A stretch of DNA of 64,000 nt from positions 125,135 through 189,134 of the IMG/VR virus record IMGVR_UViG_3300032220_000699; one strand, written 5' to 3'. This DNA comes from a virus. The notes under the pieces are model-generated. The model was not told the origin of the DNA, did not search any database, and saw only the letters and a program-made list of their open reading frames with translations. Position numbers and translations under genes: made by a program. Positions 38,401-47,614 of the stretch are shown here, piece after piece (the first letter of the stretch is position 1; each line of letters starts with the position of its first letter).

Positions 38401-39273
38401 CTGAGCTGTATAACCTGTCCCAACATGTGAAGAACCGTTAAACCCGCCATAAACATAAACACGATTTTTCGTTACAAATGTGGCAGCACCACCAAGAACT
38501 CCCGGAAGAGCCTGAATGGTACGTGTGTTCATTATATCAGAAAAGTTTTCAGTATTAATGTCGTACTGATTTTGCCAAGGTTTACCATTACCAGCTTTAC
38601 CAACAATAGTATAACGATCACCTATGACATTATATAAATTCTGATATGATGATTTAACAAGCTCAGCGCCATTACAGCGTAAGAAACCAACAGGTGTTGT
38701 TGATTCTGTTTTAGCAATAATGTCACCAATAACAATACCTGTTGTACCGCCAACAACACTATCAAGATAGGTTTTATTGATAAGCTGATTTGCCTGTGTA
38801 GGAATACCTGTGACAGATAAATTTCCTGTCATAGTTCCACCAGTAACACTTAACGCGTCTTGAATACCATAACCATCTACAGTTGTTGGTTTATTAAGAG
38901 TGATCTTATCCCAGCTGATATTCGGAATATCAGATTCTGAAAGTAAAAGACCATTCAGAATACGACCTTTATTATCAACTGAAACTTTTGCATAAGTACC
39001 AGGTGTGACACCTGTATTTGTTAAAATAAGAGAAGTGCTACCAGCGGAACTACTCAAGTCACCATTCATTGCTGGGAAACGAGCAGCACCAATAGTACCA
39101 GAAATAAGATTGTTGGCATTCAAAGATTGCAGTGAATTGTCAACATACTGTTTAGTGCTAGCACCCAAAGGAACAACAGGGTCAGCAGCCAAGAAAAGTG
39201 GATTAATAACACTACCACCGCCAGACACAAATTCGTCAGACAGACCACCTTGTTGGGTCATATTGAGTCTCAT
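35446..39273 (-). CDS. Tail-fibre-like protein: fibre N-terminus, split collar domain, three 6-blade Kelch-like propellers
   Basis: Paralog of 18383..21196: ASTKQYVD, KPTTVDGYGI, GFLRCNGAELVKSSYQNLYNVIG, 18 blade repeats. Confidence 0.75.
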   Translation of the reverse strand: MRLNMTQQGGLSDEFVSGGGSVINPLFLAADPVVPLGASTKQYVDNSLQSLNANNLISGTIGAARFPAMNGDLSSSAGSTSLILTNTGVTPGTYAKVSVDNKGRILNGLLLSESDIPNISWDKITLNKPTTVDGYGIQDALSVTGGTMTGNLSVTGIPTQANQLINKTYLDSVVGGTTGIVIGDIIAKTESTTPVGFLRCNGAELVKSSYQNLYNVIGDRYTIVGKAGNGKPWQNQYDINTENFSDIMNTRTIQALPGVLGGAATFVTKNRVYVYGGFNGSSHVGTGYTAQINADGTLGAWAAATTLPTVYAYSTAVVTKNRVYLLGGYINNSTATNNIFVADINADGTIGTWSNGPAMPGATAYSHAFINGNRVYVVGGYSGTALSVIYSSDIKEDGSLGIWSTETSLPFTLYQSAVGVIKNRVYIFGGYQNSVASNAVYSANLNSDGSIGSWIAETSLPVTFILHQVFVTRNVVYMIGGLQSGAHSANIYKATIRSDGSISGWQLQMWTLQATAAYFNITATKDRIYVLGGMLASAWSGNCWMGDITGGTNDYSSYYSNSVETNYMVAGSGKPWQQQYQINETQSDDITGWVTETSTLPTTLSNSVAIVTKNYAYLIGGMSGAGNAQVNTVYVAAINADGTLGTWSTTTNLPVILYLAVGIVVSNRIYIFGGSSNSGSSANSTVYTAIINSDGTLDSWSTSTALATAVYQSQVILTRNKVYLLGGKTDGSTHTSVIQSANIYPNGGIGTWSNQGNLPTTLSASQAVVTKNRVYMLGGNNGGTVVSTVYTAPINSDGTLGTWTSGASLPGNDAGYQVFVTKNTVYVLGGNSAPSTSSSTVYKAQINADGIIGTWSTGTSIPANLVASQLIATKNRVYLLGGYNTTSLNTIYSAPILEGLNDYSSYYAEDTVNYTYPGSGKPWETQYHFNTTQAGDITGWTTSATNAVTISIHATIVTKNRVYVGGGSAGQVMYTAPINSDGSLGAFTSLGNVLPGSTSYTTAVVTKNRAYIIGGTGANTMFTAVINADGTLGTWSTVSGTPVAFSYPSVFITKNKLYVVSGSGSGTGVYYATINNDGTLGGWRQSPFNFPVTTNLGRALVTKNRVYIIGGNQGGGGVTNVYTASIDPEGNVGNWTAGPSLLTGVEAPIIIASRNTVIIGAGYLSGGSNTNVSQIATINADGTLGTWSYGTVFPMSVHSCSAVITNGKIHLIGGAIASGVTNSNIYTANFAGGLNDYSPYYNGDIAPIEQFVTVAKFKIPDASFMNDGLNYFIKY

Positions 39274-39391
39274 AATAGCTCCTTAGTGAAATCTGAAAAT
39301 AGGTTCAAATGATGGGTTTAGTACCGTAGGGATAAATATTATTTTTAATAAGTTAAGAATTTTGTGATCATGTATTCTAAGAGGAATTGTT

Positions 39392-40057
39392 ATGTCAAAC
39401 CGAAAAGCTGCTGAAGCTTTTATTTTGCAATTTTGCAAAGATGTTGAGCCGACTGGTTACAATGTTGAGATCTATAAAAAAGCTTTTGAACTCATGTCGG
39501 ATAAAGACTTCGATGCCTACATGAAAGATATCCGTGATGGTAATGCTTTTCTTGTTTTGTTTAAGCCTTTGTATGAAGCCAAAGGTCTTACTGTCGAAAA
39601 CAATATGGCTGTTGCTGAAAAATACGGTCTTCAGTTCTTTGAAAAACTTATTTATTCTGGCGATGAAGAAGTGCCGGACTACAAGACTCCGATCGATTAT
39701 CTTGTTATCGATCTTCCGTATCGTCGTCAGTCACAGACTTTGGTTAAGAAGGTTTCTATTCCTGATAACAATAAAGTCATTGACGAACTAACATACCAGC
39801 CTACTGGTGATAGTAAGGGTGCTAAGATTTCTTATCCTGAACTCCAGGTTTTGATCGGTATGGGACTTGAAAATACTATCTCTGAATTGATTCGTTTTAG
39901 AGGTGGTGATCGTAATGGTTTTAATGCATACAACGCGATGTTCTTGCGTTACGGCAATGCTAATTTGAAAACTCTCGAGAGCTATTCTACCGGTGTAGAA
40001 TCAACTAAGACATTAAAGATCTATCTAACTGCAATGCATCTCTCGAATACAATTTAA
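39392..40057 (+). CDS. RNA polymerase beta subunit, C-terminal piece (phiKZ gp149-like, virion RNAP)
   Basis: TYQPTGDSKGAKISYPELQVL...SELIRFRGGD parallels the RpoB C-terminal TQQP.GG...EME.WAL...E.LT.KSDD region. Confidence 0.75.
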   Translation: MSNRKAAEAFILQFCKDVEPTGYNVEIYKKAFELMSDKDFDAYMKDIRDGNAFLVLFKPLYEAKGLTVENNMAVAEKYGLQFFEKLIYSGDEEVPDYKTPIDYLVIDLPYRRQSQTLVKKVSIPDNNKVIDELTYQPTGDSKGAKISYPELQVLIGMGLENTISELIRFRGGDRNGFNAYNAMFLRYGNANLKTLESYSTGVESTKTLKIYLTAMHLSNTI

Positions 40058-40066
40058 GGAATAGTT

Positions 40067-40858
40067 ATGACTGAAACAAGTAAGATTTATGTAGACATTG
40101 AATCTCTTCTTGATATAAGACAAGCTATTCTTTCAAAGTTAATGAATCCTAAAGATCTTATTGATTTTGTTAACACAGAAGAATATAACTTTAGAAGTAC
40201 AGATAACTTCGCTAAAGTTGATATGGCTAAATATGAAGAGATTTATAAGTCTCCAACGTTAGATTTATTGCAACGTTCAACTGTTACATTTATTGTTAAT
40301 ACAATTAGAACTAAGTTGATGAATCTTGAAAAGAGAAATGCACTATACAGCGAAACAAAGAAACCTGAAGTAATGCTAAATGTTTATCCTTTTGAAATGA
40401 CTCAAGCTCAAGCAGACGCATTTCAGAACCTTTTATTTATTAAATTAGGATCTTGTTGTTTAGTTTCTATCATTAATAAACCAATAGAAGAAGTTGGTCC
40501 TTATTTTATTAAGACTATGAACTTCACAGCTTGTTTTATTTATCGTGTTTCACGTTGGATCGAACATCATACCGATACACTTAACAATATTAAACTTCCA
40601 GATACATTGATTTATTTTCCAGCTATTTATAAAGTCCAGGAAGATACGAAAGATTTGGACAAGTTGAGAAAACTTGGTTTCAAAGATGTATTTGGATATC
40701 TTGAATTTCTACTGTCAAGTGCAGTGAATATTAATTTCCTTCCGATAGTTTTTTACAACAACATCGTCACTTCCTCTATCTTAGTTGATAAATATAACGA
40801 GGATTTGTCAAAAACAAGTTTAGGAGAAAGCGATGGCAATATCAGCGATGAGGTTTAA
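40067..40858 (+). CDS. Conserved hypothetical protein
   Basis: 263 aa; begins with KIYVDIESLLD (HAD-like first strand, unverified). Confidence 0.6.
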   Translation: MTETSKIYVDIESLLDIRQAILSKLMNPKDLIDFVNTEEYNFRSTDNFAKVDMAKYEEIYKSPTLDLLQRSTVTFIVNTIRTKLMNLEKRNALYSETKKPEVMLNVYPFEMTQAQADAFQNLLFIKLGSCCLVSIINKPIEEVGPYFIKTMNFTACFIYRVSRWIEHHTDTLNNIKLPDTLIYFPAIYKVQEDTKDLDKLRKLGFKDVFGYLEFLLSSAVNINFLPIVFYNNIVTSSILVDKYNEDLSKTSLGESDGNISDEV

Positions 40859-42038
40859 CTTTCTTGACAGAGAAACTAATGTAGGTGTCAAGGATTTTAC
40901 CCAGCTTGTTGATAACAGTGTTTACACTGGCTTTACAGATTTAACATCTACAGCTCTTGAAGAAATTCAAGACACTGGGATTATGGATAAAATGTCTGAA
41001 AGTCTTGACGACTTATCTGACATGTTAATGAATAATGATATCGCAGATACTCTCAAAGATGCAATGGATTCAGCAATGAACGCCATATCTAATATGGAGT
41101 TACCGCAAACAGTTAAAGATATTTTTGCTAAGCTTAAAGCACTTGATCTTCAGGGTGTTAAAGATTTCTTAGGAGATATGTTAAAGGTTGGTGCTAAATT
41201 TCTTTGTAATAACTTAGATTTCTTAAAGTTATTTATGTTAGGTTACGCGCTTAACAAGAATATTCTTTCAGGTTTACTTATTGCGTTATTGTTAAGCTGG
41301 CTAGATAGATTTTGTAAAGGTTTCACAGCGGAAGAATCTGCTTTAGAGAGTTCTGTTAAAAAGGTTGGTCAAGTTGTAAGTAACCCTGGAACTCTTGTTA
41401 CATCTAGTTCAGCCTTCGGTCAATTTTCTAACTATTATTCTGATTTCTTAAAATCAACACAGCCATTAGGTTTATCAACACTTATGCCGACTAGTGACGC
41501 TATTAGCGGTGTTATTAATGGTAGTGTATCTTCTGTTGTTAGCAATGCTAGATCTTCAGAATTATCATTCGCTGGTCGTAATTCTCTTATTAATCAATTA
41601 CAAAGTCAACTTTCTAGCTTTGCTCCCAATAGTGCTGAGTATAGAAATATTCTTCAAGCCACTGGTGATTTGAGACAGTTGCCTTTGATTTCTTCTGAAC
41701 GTAGAGATAACAATTTACGTTATGAAAATCTTTCTGATAAATTTGGTTCTTATATGAAGAATCTTGCAAATGTTGATTTGCAACCTATGAATCTTGTTAG
41801 TTTAAGTGATCTAGAAAAAGGTCTATATTCAAAGATGTCTGATCTTAAACAAGCATCTTTATCGAATCCACAGCTTCAATGCACACCTAATGATTCATTT
41901 AGTGACTTTGATTTTAATAGTGTTCTTCCAGCTGTATCGACGGAAGAATCTAATTTATTACTTGCTAAAAACACAATCAGTGATAGTCACAGAACACTTG
42001 ACCTTCACCCAACCACTGAAGTATTCTTAGAGGCTTAA
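40833..42038 (+). CDS. Hypothetical/virion protein
   Basis: 401 aa, Ser/Leu-rich, GGAG SD. Confidence 0.55.
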   Translation: MAISAMRFNFLDRETNVGVKDFTQLVDNSVYTGFTDLTSTALEEIQDTGIMDKMSESLDDLSDMLMNNDIADTLKDAMDSAMNAISNMELPQTVKDIFAKLKALDLQGVKDFLGDMLKVGAKFLCNNLDFLKLFMLGYALNKNILSGLLIALLLSWLDRFCKGFTAEESALESSVKKVGQVVSNPGTLVTSSSAFGQFSNYYSDFLKSTQPLGLSTLMPTSDAISGVINGSVSSVVSNARSSELSFAGRNSLINQLQSQLSSFAPNSAEYRNILQATGDLRQLPLISSERRDNNLRYENLSDKFGSYMKNLANVDLQPMNLVSLSDLEKGLYSKMSDLKQASLSNPQLQCTPNDSFSDFDFNSVLPAVSTEESNLLLAKNTISDSHRTLDLHPTTEVFLEA

Positions 42039-42039
42039 C

Positions 42040-42285
42040 ATGATCTTAAATGACTATTTAGCCAAACTACCCATTGAAAAGATTATTAAGACAGAAATTC
42101 TTGATAATAAAATAACTCTTCCTGTTGAAGTTGATTCGATGAAGTTCTATAAGGACTTTAAGGGTCAAATCAAAAGTGAACAATTAACTCCTGAGAAAGC
42201 AATCTTTGTTGCTAGCTTAGTTGATAAACAGCCTTATATAGATTCATTTAGTTTATTAACTTCTAAATTAGTTTTTGCAGAATAA
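42040..42285 (+). CDS. Hypothetical protein
   Basis: 81-aa ORF directly after the previous stop. Confidence 0.55.
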   Translation: MILNDYLAKLPIEKIIKTEILDNKITLPVEVDSMKFYKDFKGQIKSEQLTPEKAIFVASLVDKQPYIDSFSLLTSKLVFAE

Positions 42286-42323
42286 AGACAGACATACAGG
42301 AGAGGATATCCTCTCCTGTATGT

Positions 42324-42734
42324 TTATTCACTGTGTTGAGCAAGTAATGCTTTAACATCAATATTATCAACTCTTGGAATCAATTCACCGTCATTGACCA
42401 TAACGTCGGCTGGTGGTTGATACTCCGGCATTTCACGAACGAATGTTGCTTGACCTTCAATAACATTCCCACCAACTGGATTATTATGAAGTTCCAGAAG
42501 CAGACCTTTGAGAATTGCCTTAGTCTCTTCGTTTGTTTTGTTGGCATCACTGTCAACCTTGACTTTGGCTTTCGCCAGAATACTTCTGTCGATCGACTCT
42601 AATAAATTAGTGAAGCAGTCTACGTCTCTTGCCTTAGTAGGTAATTCACCTTTCATCAGGTTATCGACGAGTCGTTCACGAATGACAAGAGTCTTATCTA
42701 ACAGCCGTGCGTCATTTTCTGTAAATAAGCTCAT
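42324..42734 (-). CDS. Hypothetical protein
   Basis: Start reassigned to ATG 42734 (AGGAGA SD). Confidence 0.6.
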   Translation of the reverse strand: MSLFTENDARLLDKTLVIRERLVDNLMKGELPTKARDVDCFTNLLESIDRSILAKAKVKVDSDANKTNEETKAILKGLLLELHNNPVGGNVIEGQATFVREMPEYQPPADVMVNDGELIPRVDNIDVKALLAQHSE

Positions 42735-42809
42735 TTTAATTTCTCCTTGCGCATAGGGCAACCACATAATTAACCCCCGGAGACCAGGAGGTCTCCGAGA
42801 GTTGTCCTT

Positions 42810-43457
42810 TTAACCAAGGGAAATATTCAAATCTTGCAAACGCTGAACCATTTGATCATAGCGTAAATTAGCTTCTTGCAACTGTGTTGATAATGTTTTA
42901 TGAACTGTAACCATATTAGTTCTGACTGTTTCACGAACCACATGTTCATCTGGCGATACAAATTCGACATCGCCTATATTGACTTCTTTAATAGCCGGAA
43001 CAACACCAAGTCGACTTTCAATAAAGTCAGCAAGATCAGAAAAGAAAACTGTCGTATCTAAATCAGAAGGCAGTCTATTCATATCAAGAACAATCATTTT
43101 ATTGATGTATTCTTTATTTGAAATATCTGCAATTGACTGAATATAGTTAATAGGACAACGACAGAATTTTGTTATACCCTGAATATCAACAAAAGAAAAA
43201 GAGATAATTGCTATTTCATCTCTAAGGTCTTTTTTATATTCTAATTCTGATAACCCAGCAGGAACATAGATTTCAGAAAAAGGATCACGAAGATCATTAC
43301 GTATCATATCTCGCATAGAGATAATACTAATAACCTTCAGCTTAATAGTTAATGAGTCCAGATTAAACTTATTCTTAAAATAAGTATTAATAGGTTCTTT
43401 AAAAGTAAAATAAGACTGCAACCCAACACTGGGTGTGTTTATAGTTACATCAGGCAT
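42810..43457 (-). CDS. Hypothetical/virion protein
   Basis: 215 aa, GAGGA SD, ATTTTTTGA motif upstream. Confidence 0.6.
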   Translation of the reverse strand: MPDVTINTPSVGLQSYFTFKEPINTYFKNKFNLDSLTIKLKVISIISMRDMIRNDLRDPFSEIYVPAGLSELEYKKDLRDEIAIISFSFVDIQGITKFCRCPINYIQSIADISNKEYINKMIVLDMNRLPSDLDTTVFFSDLADFIESRLGVVPAIKEVNIGDVEFVSPDEHVVRETVRTNMVTVHKTLSTQLQEANLRYDQMVQRLQDLNISLG

Positions 43458-43541
43458 GTTTATTCCTCAGTAATCGGTTAATCAAAAAATCTACTTTAAA
43501 ACAAAATAATACTCGGAGAGATAAATCTCTCCGAGTTTCTA

Positions 43542-44885
43542 TTACAGAGGAGCAACAGGTGTAGTTACTGCTAAACGAATAAACTCGTATTTAGGCAGTA
43601 CATAGATCTGATGTTTATCCAAGAAGTATGATAAATAATTAACACCGTCACGATTAATGATGGTGAAACGATAACTGGTATTACCGATAAGGTTATTAAA
43701 CAATTCAGTAGAGTTAGCACAGTTACAAACAGAGAGCATGCTTTCTAGCAGACTAACTAGATGTTGACTTCTAACAGACATGCGAGCAAAATCTGGATGT
43801 GTTGAAGTTACAGTAATAAAGTCACTAAAATAAGACTTAAAGTCCTGTAGACTATCTTCGGAGTAGTAACCATTTGTGATATGCAACATTATATTGTTGT
43901 AATCAAATGGAACTGCGTAAGTATTATTTCTTAAGAAAGTCGTATTGTTGTAGACTTTCACAAACTTATCAGTGTCAAATGTTTCATTGAAAGCTGAAGC
44001 AATCTGGCTAGCAATACTTGACTGACCAACTTGAGATGGAATAGCAATCTTGTCCCAACGCGGTGTGATAAAGAATTCATTAATATTCAGAATAGATGGG
44101 AATAGTTCTTCAACTGTTGTCCCAGGCATTCCGAGAGTATTGGTCATATAGCTGTATAATTCCAGCTTCAGAATGTAATCATAGTTACCTTGCAGACCGT
44201 AAATATTAAAAGCAAAGTAACAATTACGATAAATGTTCGTATTGGGAACACGATAAGGAATATTTAAAATCTTTGTATAAGTTGTTGGACTTAGTGCTTT
44301 ATTTTCTTCGATTCGTTCATTCAGAGTGAGCAAATCAAAGCTGTCCAGAGCAGAAATAAAGTTGCTAGGGTTATTGACAATCGAAGCATAATTTTCAAAT
44401 GGTAAGATGATACTAATATCGTATTCGGGATAGAACGTTCTGAAGATAGAATCACTCAACCAAATTTCACAATTAATATCATTGATAATAAACGAAAGAT
44501 AGTCAACAGAACGAATCAAATTAACATCGACTGTGTTATTATAAACAAGATTACCGACAGGAGTAGTTGGGTTAGCTTGGTTAAATTCACTAGTGAAAGC
44601 AATAATAACTTGTTGCTTTGTTGTGATTTGAGTTGTTGACAAAAATGAAGATAACGACGTAACGACATTAATAACATCATTAACTTCATTTTGGGATAAT
44701 GATGTTAGATCTGTTGCACTAAATAAAAAAAGAGAGTATAATGGATTTGTTGTAGAGAAATACTGTTGTTTGTTTTTAGAATAAGTTAGGGCTATATCGG
44801 AAAGTTCATATAGTGGCGACACTACGCTGCTAGTATTATCGATAAAGTTATCACTTGTGATAAACGCTTTTATTTCTTTAGACAT
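43542..44885 (-). CDS. Probable virion structural protein
   Basis: Start ATG 44885 (AAGGA SD), ATTTTTTGA motif upstream. Confidence 0.55.
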   Translation of the reverse strand: MSKEIKAFITSDNFIDNTSSVVSPLYELSDIALTYSKNKQQYFSTTNPLYSLFLFSATDLTSLSQNEVNDVINVVTSLSSFLSTTQITTKQQVIIAFTSEFNQANPTTPVGNLVYNNTVDVNLIRSVDYLSFIINDINCEIWLSDSIFRTFYPEYDISIILPFENYASIVNNPSNFISALDSFDLLTLNERIEENKALSPTTYTKILNIPYRVPNTNIYRNCYFAFNIYGLQGNYDYILKLELYSYMTNTLGMPGTTVEELFPSILNINEFFITPRWDKIAIPSQVGQSSIASQIASAFNETFDTDKFVKVYNNTTFLRNNTYAVPFDYNNIMLHITNGYYSEDSLQDFKSYFSDFITVTSTHPDFARMSVRSQHLVSLLESMLSVCNCANSTELFNNLIGNTSYRFTIINRDGVNYLSYFLDKHQIYVLPKYEFIRLAVTTPVAPL

Positions 44886-44940
44886 ATTAAATTCCTTCAA
44901 AAGTCAATTAGTCAAAAAATCTATTAAAAGGAGATAGCCC

Positions 44941-45198
44941 ATGTACTTCAAAATTTTAGAAGCTTTCATCCTAAAGACCTTGTTCAATAAGGGTGAATAT
45001 AACATTACCAGTAAAGAGTTTAACCCTATTAAGTTCTTTACTATTCTTCTCTTGGTTGTTAATGTTGTCTTTACTTTTTATTTGTTAACTCAAATGAGTA
45101 AAGTTCACGATGTTATTCAAGAGAAATGTCCGCAAATTTTCACAGAAAAAAAAGAACCTGTGAAAGATATAAAGAAAGTAACAGATAAGAAGACCTAG
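44941..45198 (+). CDS. Small single-pass membrane protein
   Basis: Hydrophobic FFTILLLVVNVVFTFYLL, basic C-tail, AGGAG SD. Confidence 0.6.
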   Translation: MYFKILEAFILKTLFNKGEYNITSKEFNPIKFFTILLLVVNVVFTFYLLTQMSKVHDVIQEKCPQIFTEKKEPVKDIKKVTDKKT

Positions 45199-45224
45199 GT
45201 TTTCCTAGGTCTTCTTTCTGCGTT

Positions 45225-45713
45225 TTATTGAAATACTGATAGTTGATATTTCGATTCTTGGTTGGAATAACTTAGATTGAAATACATCATTTGTTTTTCC
45301 TCCGGAACCTCTGGAAGATCTTCTACCAGTTCTATACATCCTTCTACTCCGTGGATGATAAGTTTTTTACCGTCCTTGGAAAAACACTTATTATTATACC
45401 CATTCACTAAGAAAGTGATATAATGGATACCAGTCAGTGTCTTCGCGGAGCGGATATTTCTTTCAGTGAACTTCTTATACTGATAATACAATTCATTAAA
45501 GAGTGGGCTACCCATGAACTCTTTAATTGCTTTCTGTTCTATATACTCGTAGCACTTGGCCTTTAAATCTTTAAACTTAATGTCAGGGTTCTTAATAAGA
45601 ACATCTAGAGAGTAATTATAAATAACCAGATGGTTTAAAAAGCATTTACGCAGATACTCATCAAGCTGATCCTGAACAATGACATCAGCCTGATATAGGT
45701 TTTGCCTTTTCAT
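45225..45713 (-). CDS. Hypothetical protein
   Basis: 162-aa ORF, last gene of a six-gene run. Confidence 0.55.
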   Translation of the reverse strand: MKRQNLYQADVIVQDQLDEYLRKCFLNHLVIYNYSLDVLIKNPDIKFKDLKAKCYEYIEQKAIKEFMGSPLFNELYYQYKKFTERNIRSAKTLTGIHYITFLVNGYNNKCFSKDGKKLIIHGVEGCIELVEDLPEVPEEKQMMYFNLSYSNQESKYQLSVFQ

Positions 45714-46069
45714 GCTTCCTCATTTTCAGCGTAGTCAGTCGTAAAAAGATTGATTGTTTCATCGACTGTTACCTCGACATCACGGATAGTTGTAATCGTG
45801 ACAGAGAACTTTACACGCTTAACGTTAAGTATTCTCAAGAACTTAAAGAATACCTTAATAGTCATGCGATTCTTGGTCAGTTCATTGTTAATGTTTACTT
45901 TAGCGAAGTTGGTTCTAGGACCTGGTGTATTCGCAAAGATATTATTAACAAACCTGTCAACATGTGTTCTTAAGGCACCTGGAGAGATACCTAATGATTC
46001 ACATATACGAAGTTTCAAACGCATTAACACCCCTTCCGGGGTATCGGGAATATCTTTCAATCGCTGCAT
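45710..46069 (-). CDS. Basic hypothetical protein, possible DNA-binding
   Basis: 119 aa, K/R-rich helices. Confidence 0.55.
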   Translation of the reverse strand: MQRLKDIPDTPEGVLMRLKLRICESLGISPGALRTHVDRFVNNIFANTPGPRTNFAKVNINNELTKNRMTIKVFFKFLRILNVKRVKFSVTITTIRDVEVTVDETINLFTTDYAENEEA

Positions 46070-46093
46070 GCAGCGCTCCTTTTCTTTTCAGAA

Positions 46094-46642
46094 CTAGAAA
46101 ACATATATCATTAAGCCATGAGGCGTAAGCTCCAAGTACATAATGACATTGCTATTTGGGTCATCACGTTGAATGATGTTGAAGACTAGATTCTCTTCCA
46201 CTGCACAGAAAATGGTTTCCATGGCGTCAAAGATCTCTTCCATGTGTTCATGTGCTTCAGGAACACCGATAAGATTAGCTAGCCGATTATACATATCCTC
46301 GTAGAAGTAACCTTTAAAACGAGATTTCTCGAATGAGGATTGACAGAATATAATGTCATAAATATCAGCAACAAACACATTGCTTCTATCTATCTGTAAT
46401 TTACTTCGAGAACTTAGATCTCGAAAGATATTTTCTGCTTCATAGTACGAGACATGAGAGTTCTCGTCACGAAGGTTAGCATAGTAAGTTGTATAAACAC
46501 TAAACATGCTATAAATAAAATTCGTTAGAGTATAATCATAACGATGAATGATATTAAGTATAATGTCTCTTACCTTGTCTTCCAGAGTTAGTCTGTTAAC
46601 TATTTCATGAACTACATGGTCATTGAGGATAAAAAGCCTCAT
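46094..46642 (-). CDS. Hypothetical protein
   Basis: 182-aa ORF; start uncertain. Confidence 0.5.
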   Translation of the reverse strand: MRLFILNDHVVHEIVNRLTLEDKVRDIILNIIHRYDYTLTNFIYSMFSVYTTYYANLRDENSHVSYYEAENIFRDLSSRSKLQIDRSNVFVADIYDIIFCQSSFEKSRFKGYFYEDMYNRLANLIGVPEAHEHMEEIFDAMETIFCAVEENLVFNIIQRDDPNSNVIMYLELTPHGLMIYVF

Positions 46643-47216
46643 TCATGTTCCTCTCAGAGTAAAAGAGCAAAGGCCTACAGTATTGGTCTAGCTCGAACTT
46701 GTAATACTTGAAACAGATATTCCGAACTAATTCATAGACAGCTTGGAACAACCTCATCAAGACTTGGTTATACTGCATCACGTTTCTGCAATACATATCA
46801 GTCATGATATGCTGAAGCCGTACAATAACTATATCTGTTACTGAATCTAGTTCCTCTGCATTGACATTAAAGTACTTACCAAGCACTTCAGAAATCTGAC
46901 TAGCGTAGAAACAATTCACAAAGATATCTTGCCACAATTGATTATTTTGAACCAATATAACAAAGTTATTAATGCTGGAACTCGTGATATACTTCATCAC
47001 ATTGTCTAACCATATTTTATTTATAATAGAAATTGTAACTTGACGTAGTTCTTTATGAAAATCAGAATCATACATCGTACTTATATCTGTTTGAAGTTCT
47101 TGACAAATATCAAACATAATTAATTTAAGGTATTGTTCATACGTTTCCGAAATGAACTCTCTTCTTAACTCATGATACAGTTCTTTGTTTATATCACCCA
47201 TCAACGCAAGTTTCAT
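46620..47216 (-). CDS. Hypothetical protein
   Basis: 198 aa, AGGAGA SD. Confidence 0.55.
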   Translation of the reverse strand: MKLALMGDINKELYHELRREFISETYEQYLKLIMFDICQELQTDISTMYDSDFHKELRQVTISIINKIWLDNVMKYITSSSINNFVILVQNNQLWQDIFVNCFYASQISEVLGKYFNVNAEELDSVTDIVIVRLQHIMTDMYCRNVMQYNQVLMRLFQAVYELVRNICFKYYKFELDQYCRPLLFYSERNMNEAFYPQ

Positions 47217-47224
47217 CTCTTCTC

Positions 47225-47614
47225 CTATTTCTGGAAAAATTCATATGTGATCAAAAGTGTATCGCAATTGACCAACATACTGTTTATGTTTAGAGACCCT
47301 ACAGCAGCATAGTTACTCATATAGAATTCATGAATAACTTCTTCAATACTTCTGGTTAAGATATGATTCAAACCAAGAAGCGCTGTTCTTAAATGCGGAA
47401 GAACAGTCAGATGTTCAACAGTGTTAAATGCATGATCTATCTTTGCTGTTACATAATCATACCGAACATCCATAGCTGGATAATGAGCGTCAGTCATGAT
47501 TTTCTTAGCAATATAACAAATGAATGATTCGAGATACTCTCGCATTGCTATCCCGTCACTCATTGTGGTAATATTAAGTTTATCTAATTTCAGGAATATG
47601 CTACGGCTGTACAT
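47225..47614 (-). CDS. Hypothetical protein
   Basis: 129-aa ORF. Confidence 0.5.
   Translation of the reverse strand: MYSRSIFLKLDKLNITTMSDGIAMREYLESFICYIAKKIMTDAHYPAMDVRYDYVTAKIDHAFNTVEHLTVLPHLRTALLGLNHILTRSIEEVIHEFYMSNYAAVGSLNINSMLVNCDTLLITYEFFQK

Noticed and set aside
18383-39273. Diversity-generating retroelement acting on the fibre repeats
   Set aside because: No reverse transcriptase in the window and no near-identical repeat pair differing only at adenines; the repeats are diverged in-frame protein repeats.
44941-45198. Holin call for the small membrane protein
   Set aside because: A single TM segment with a basic tail is compatible but not diagnostic, and there is no adjacent endolysin or spanin pair.
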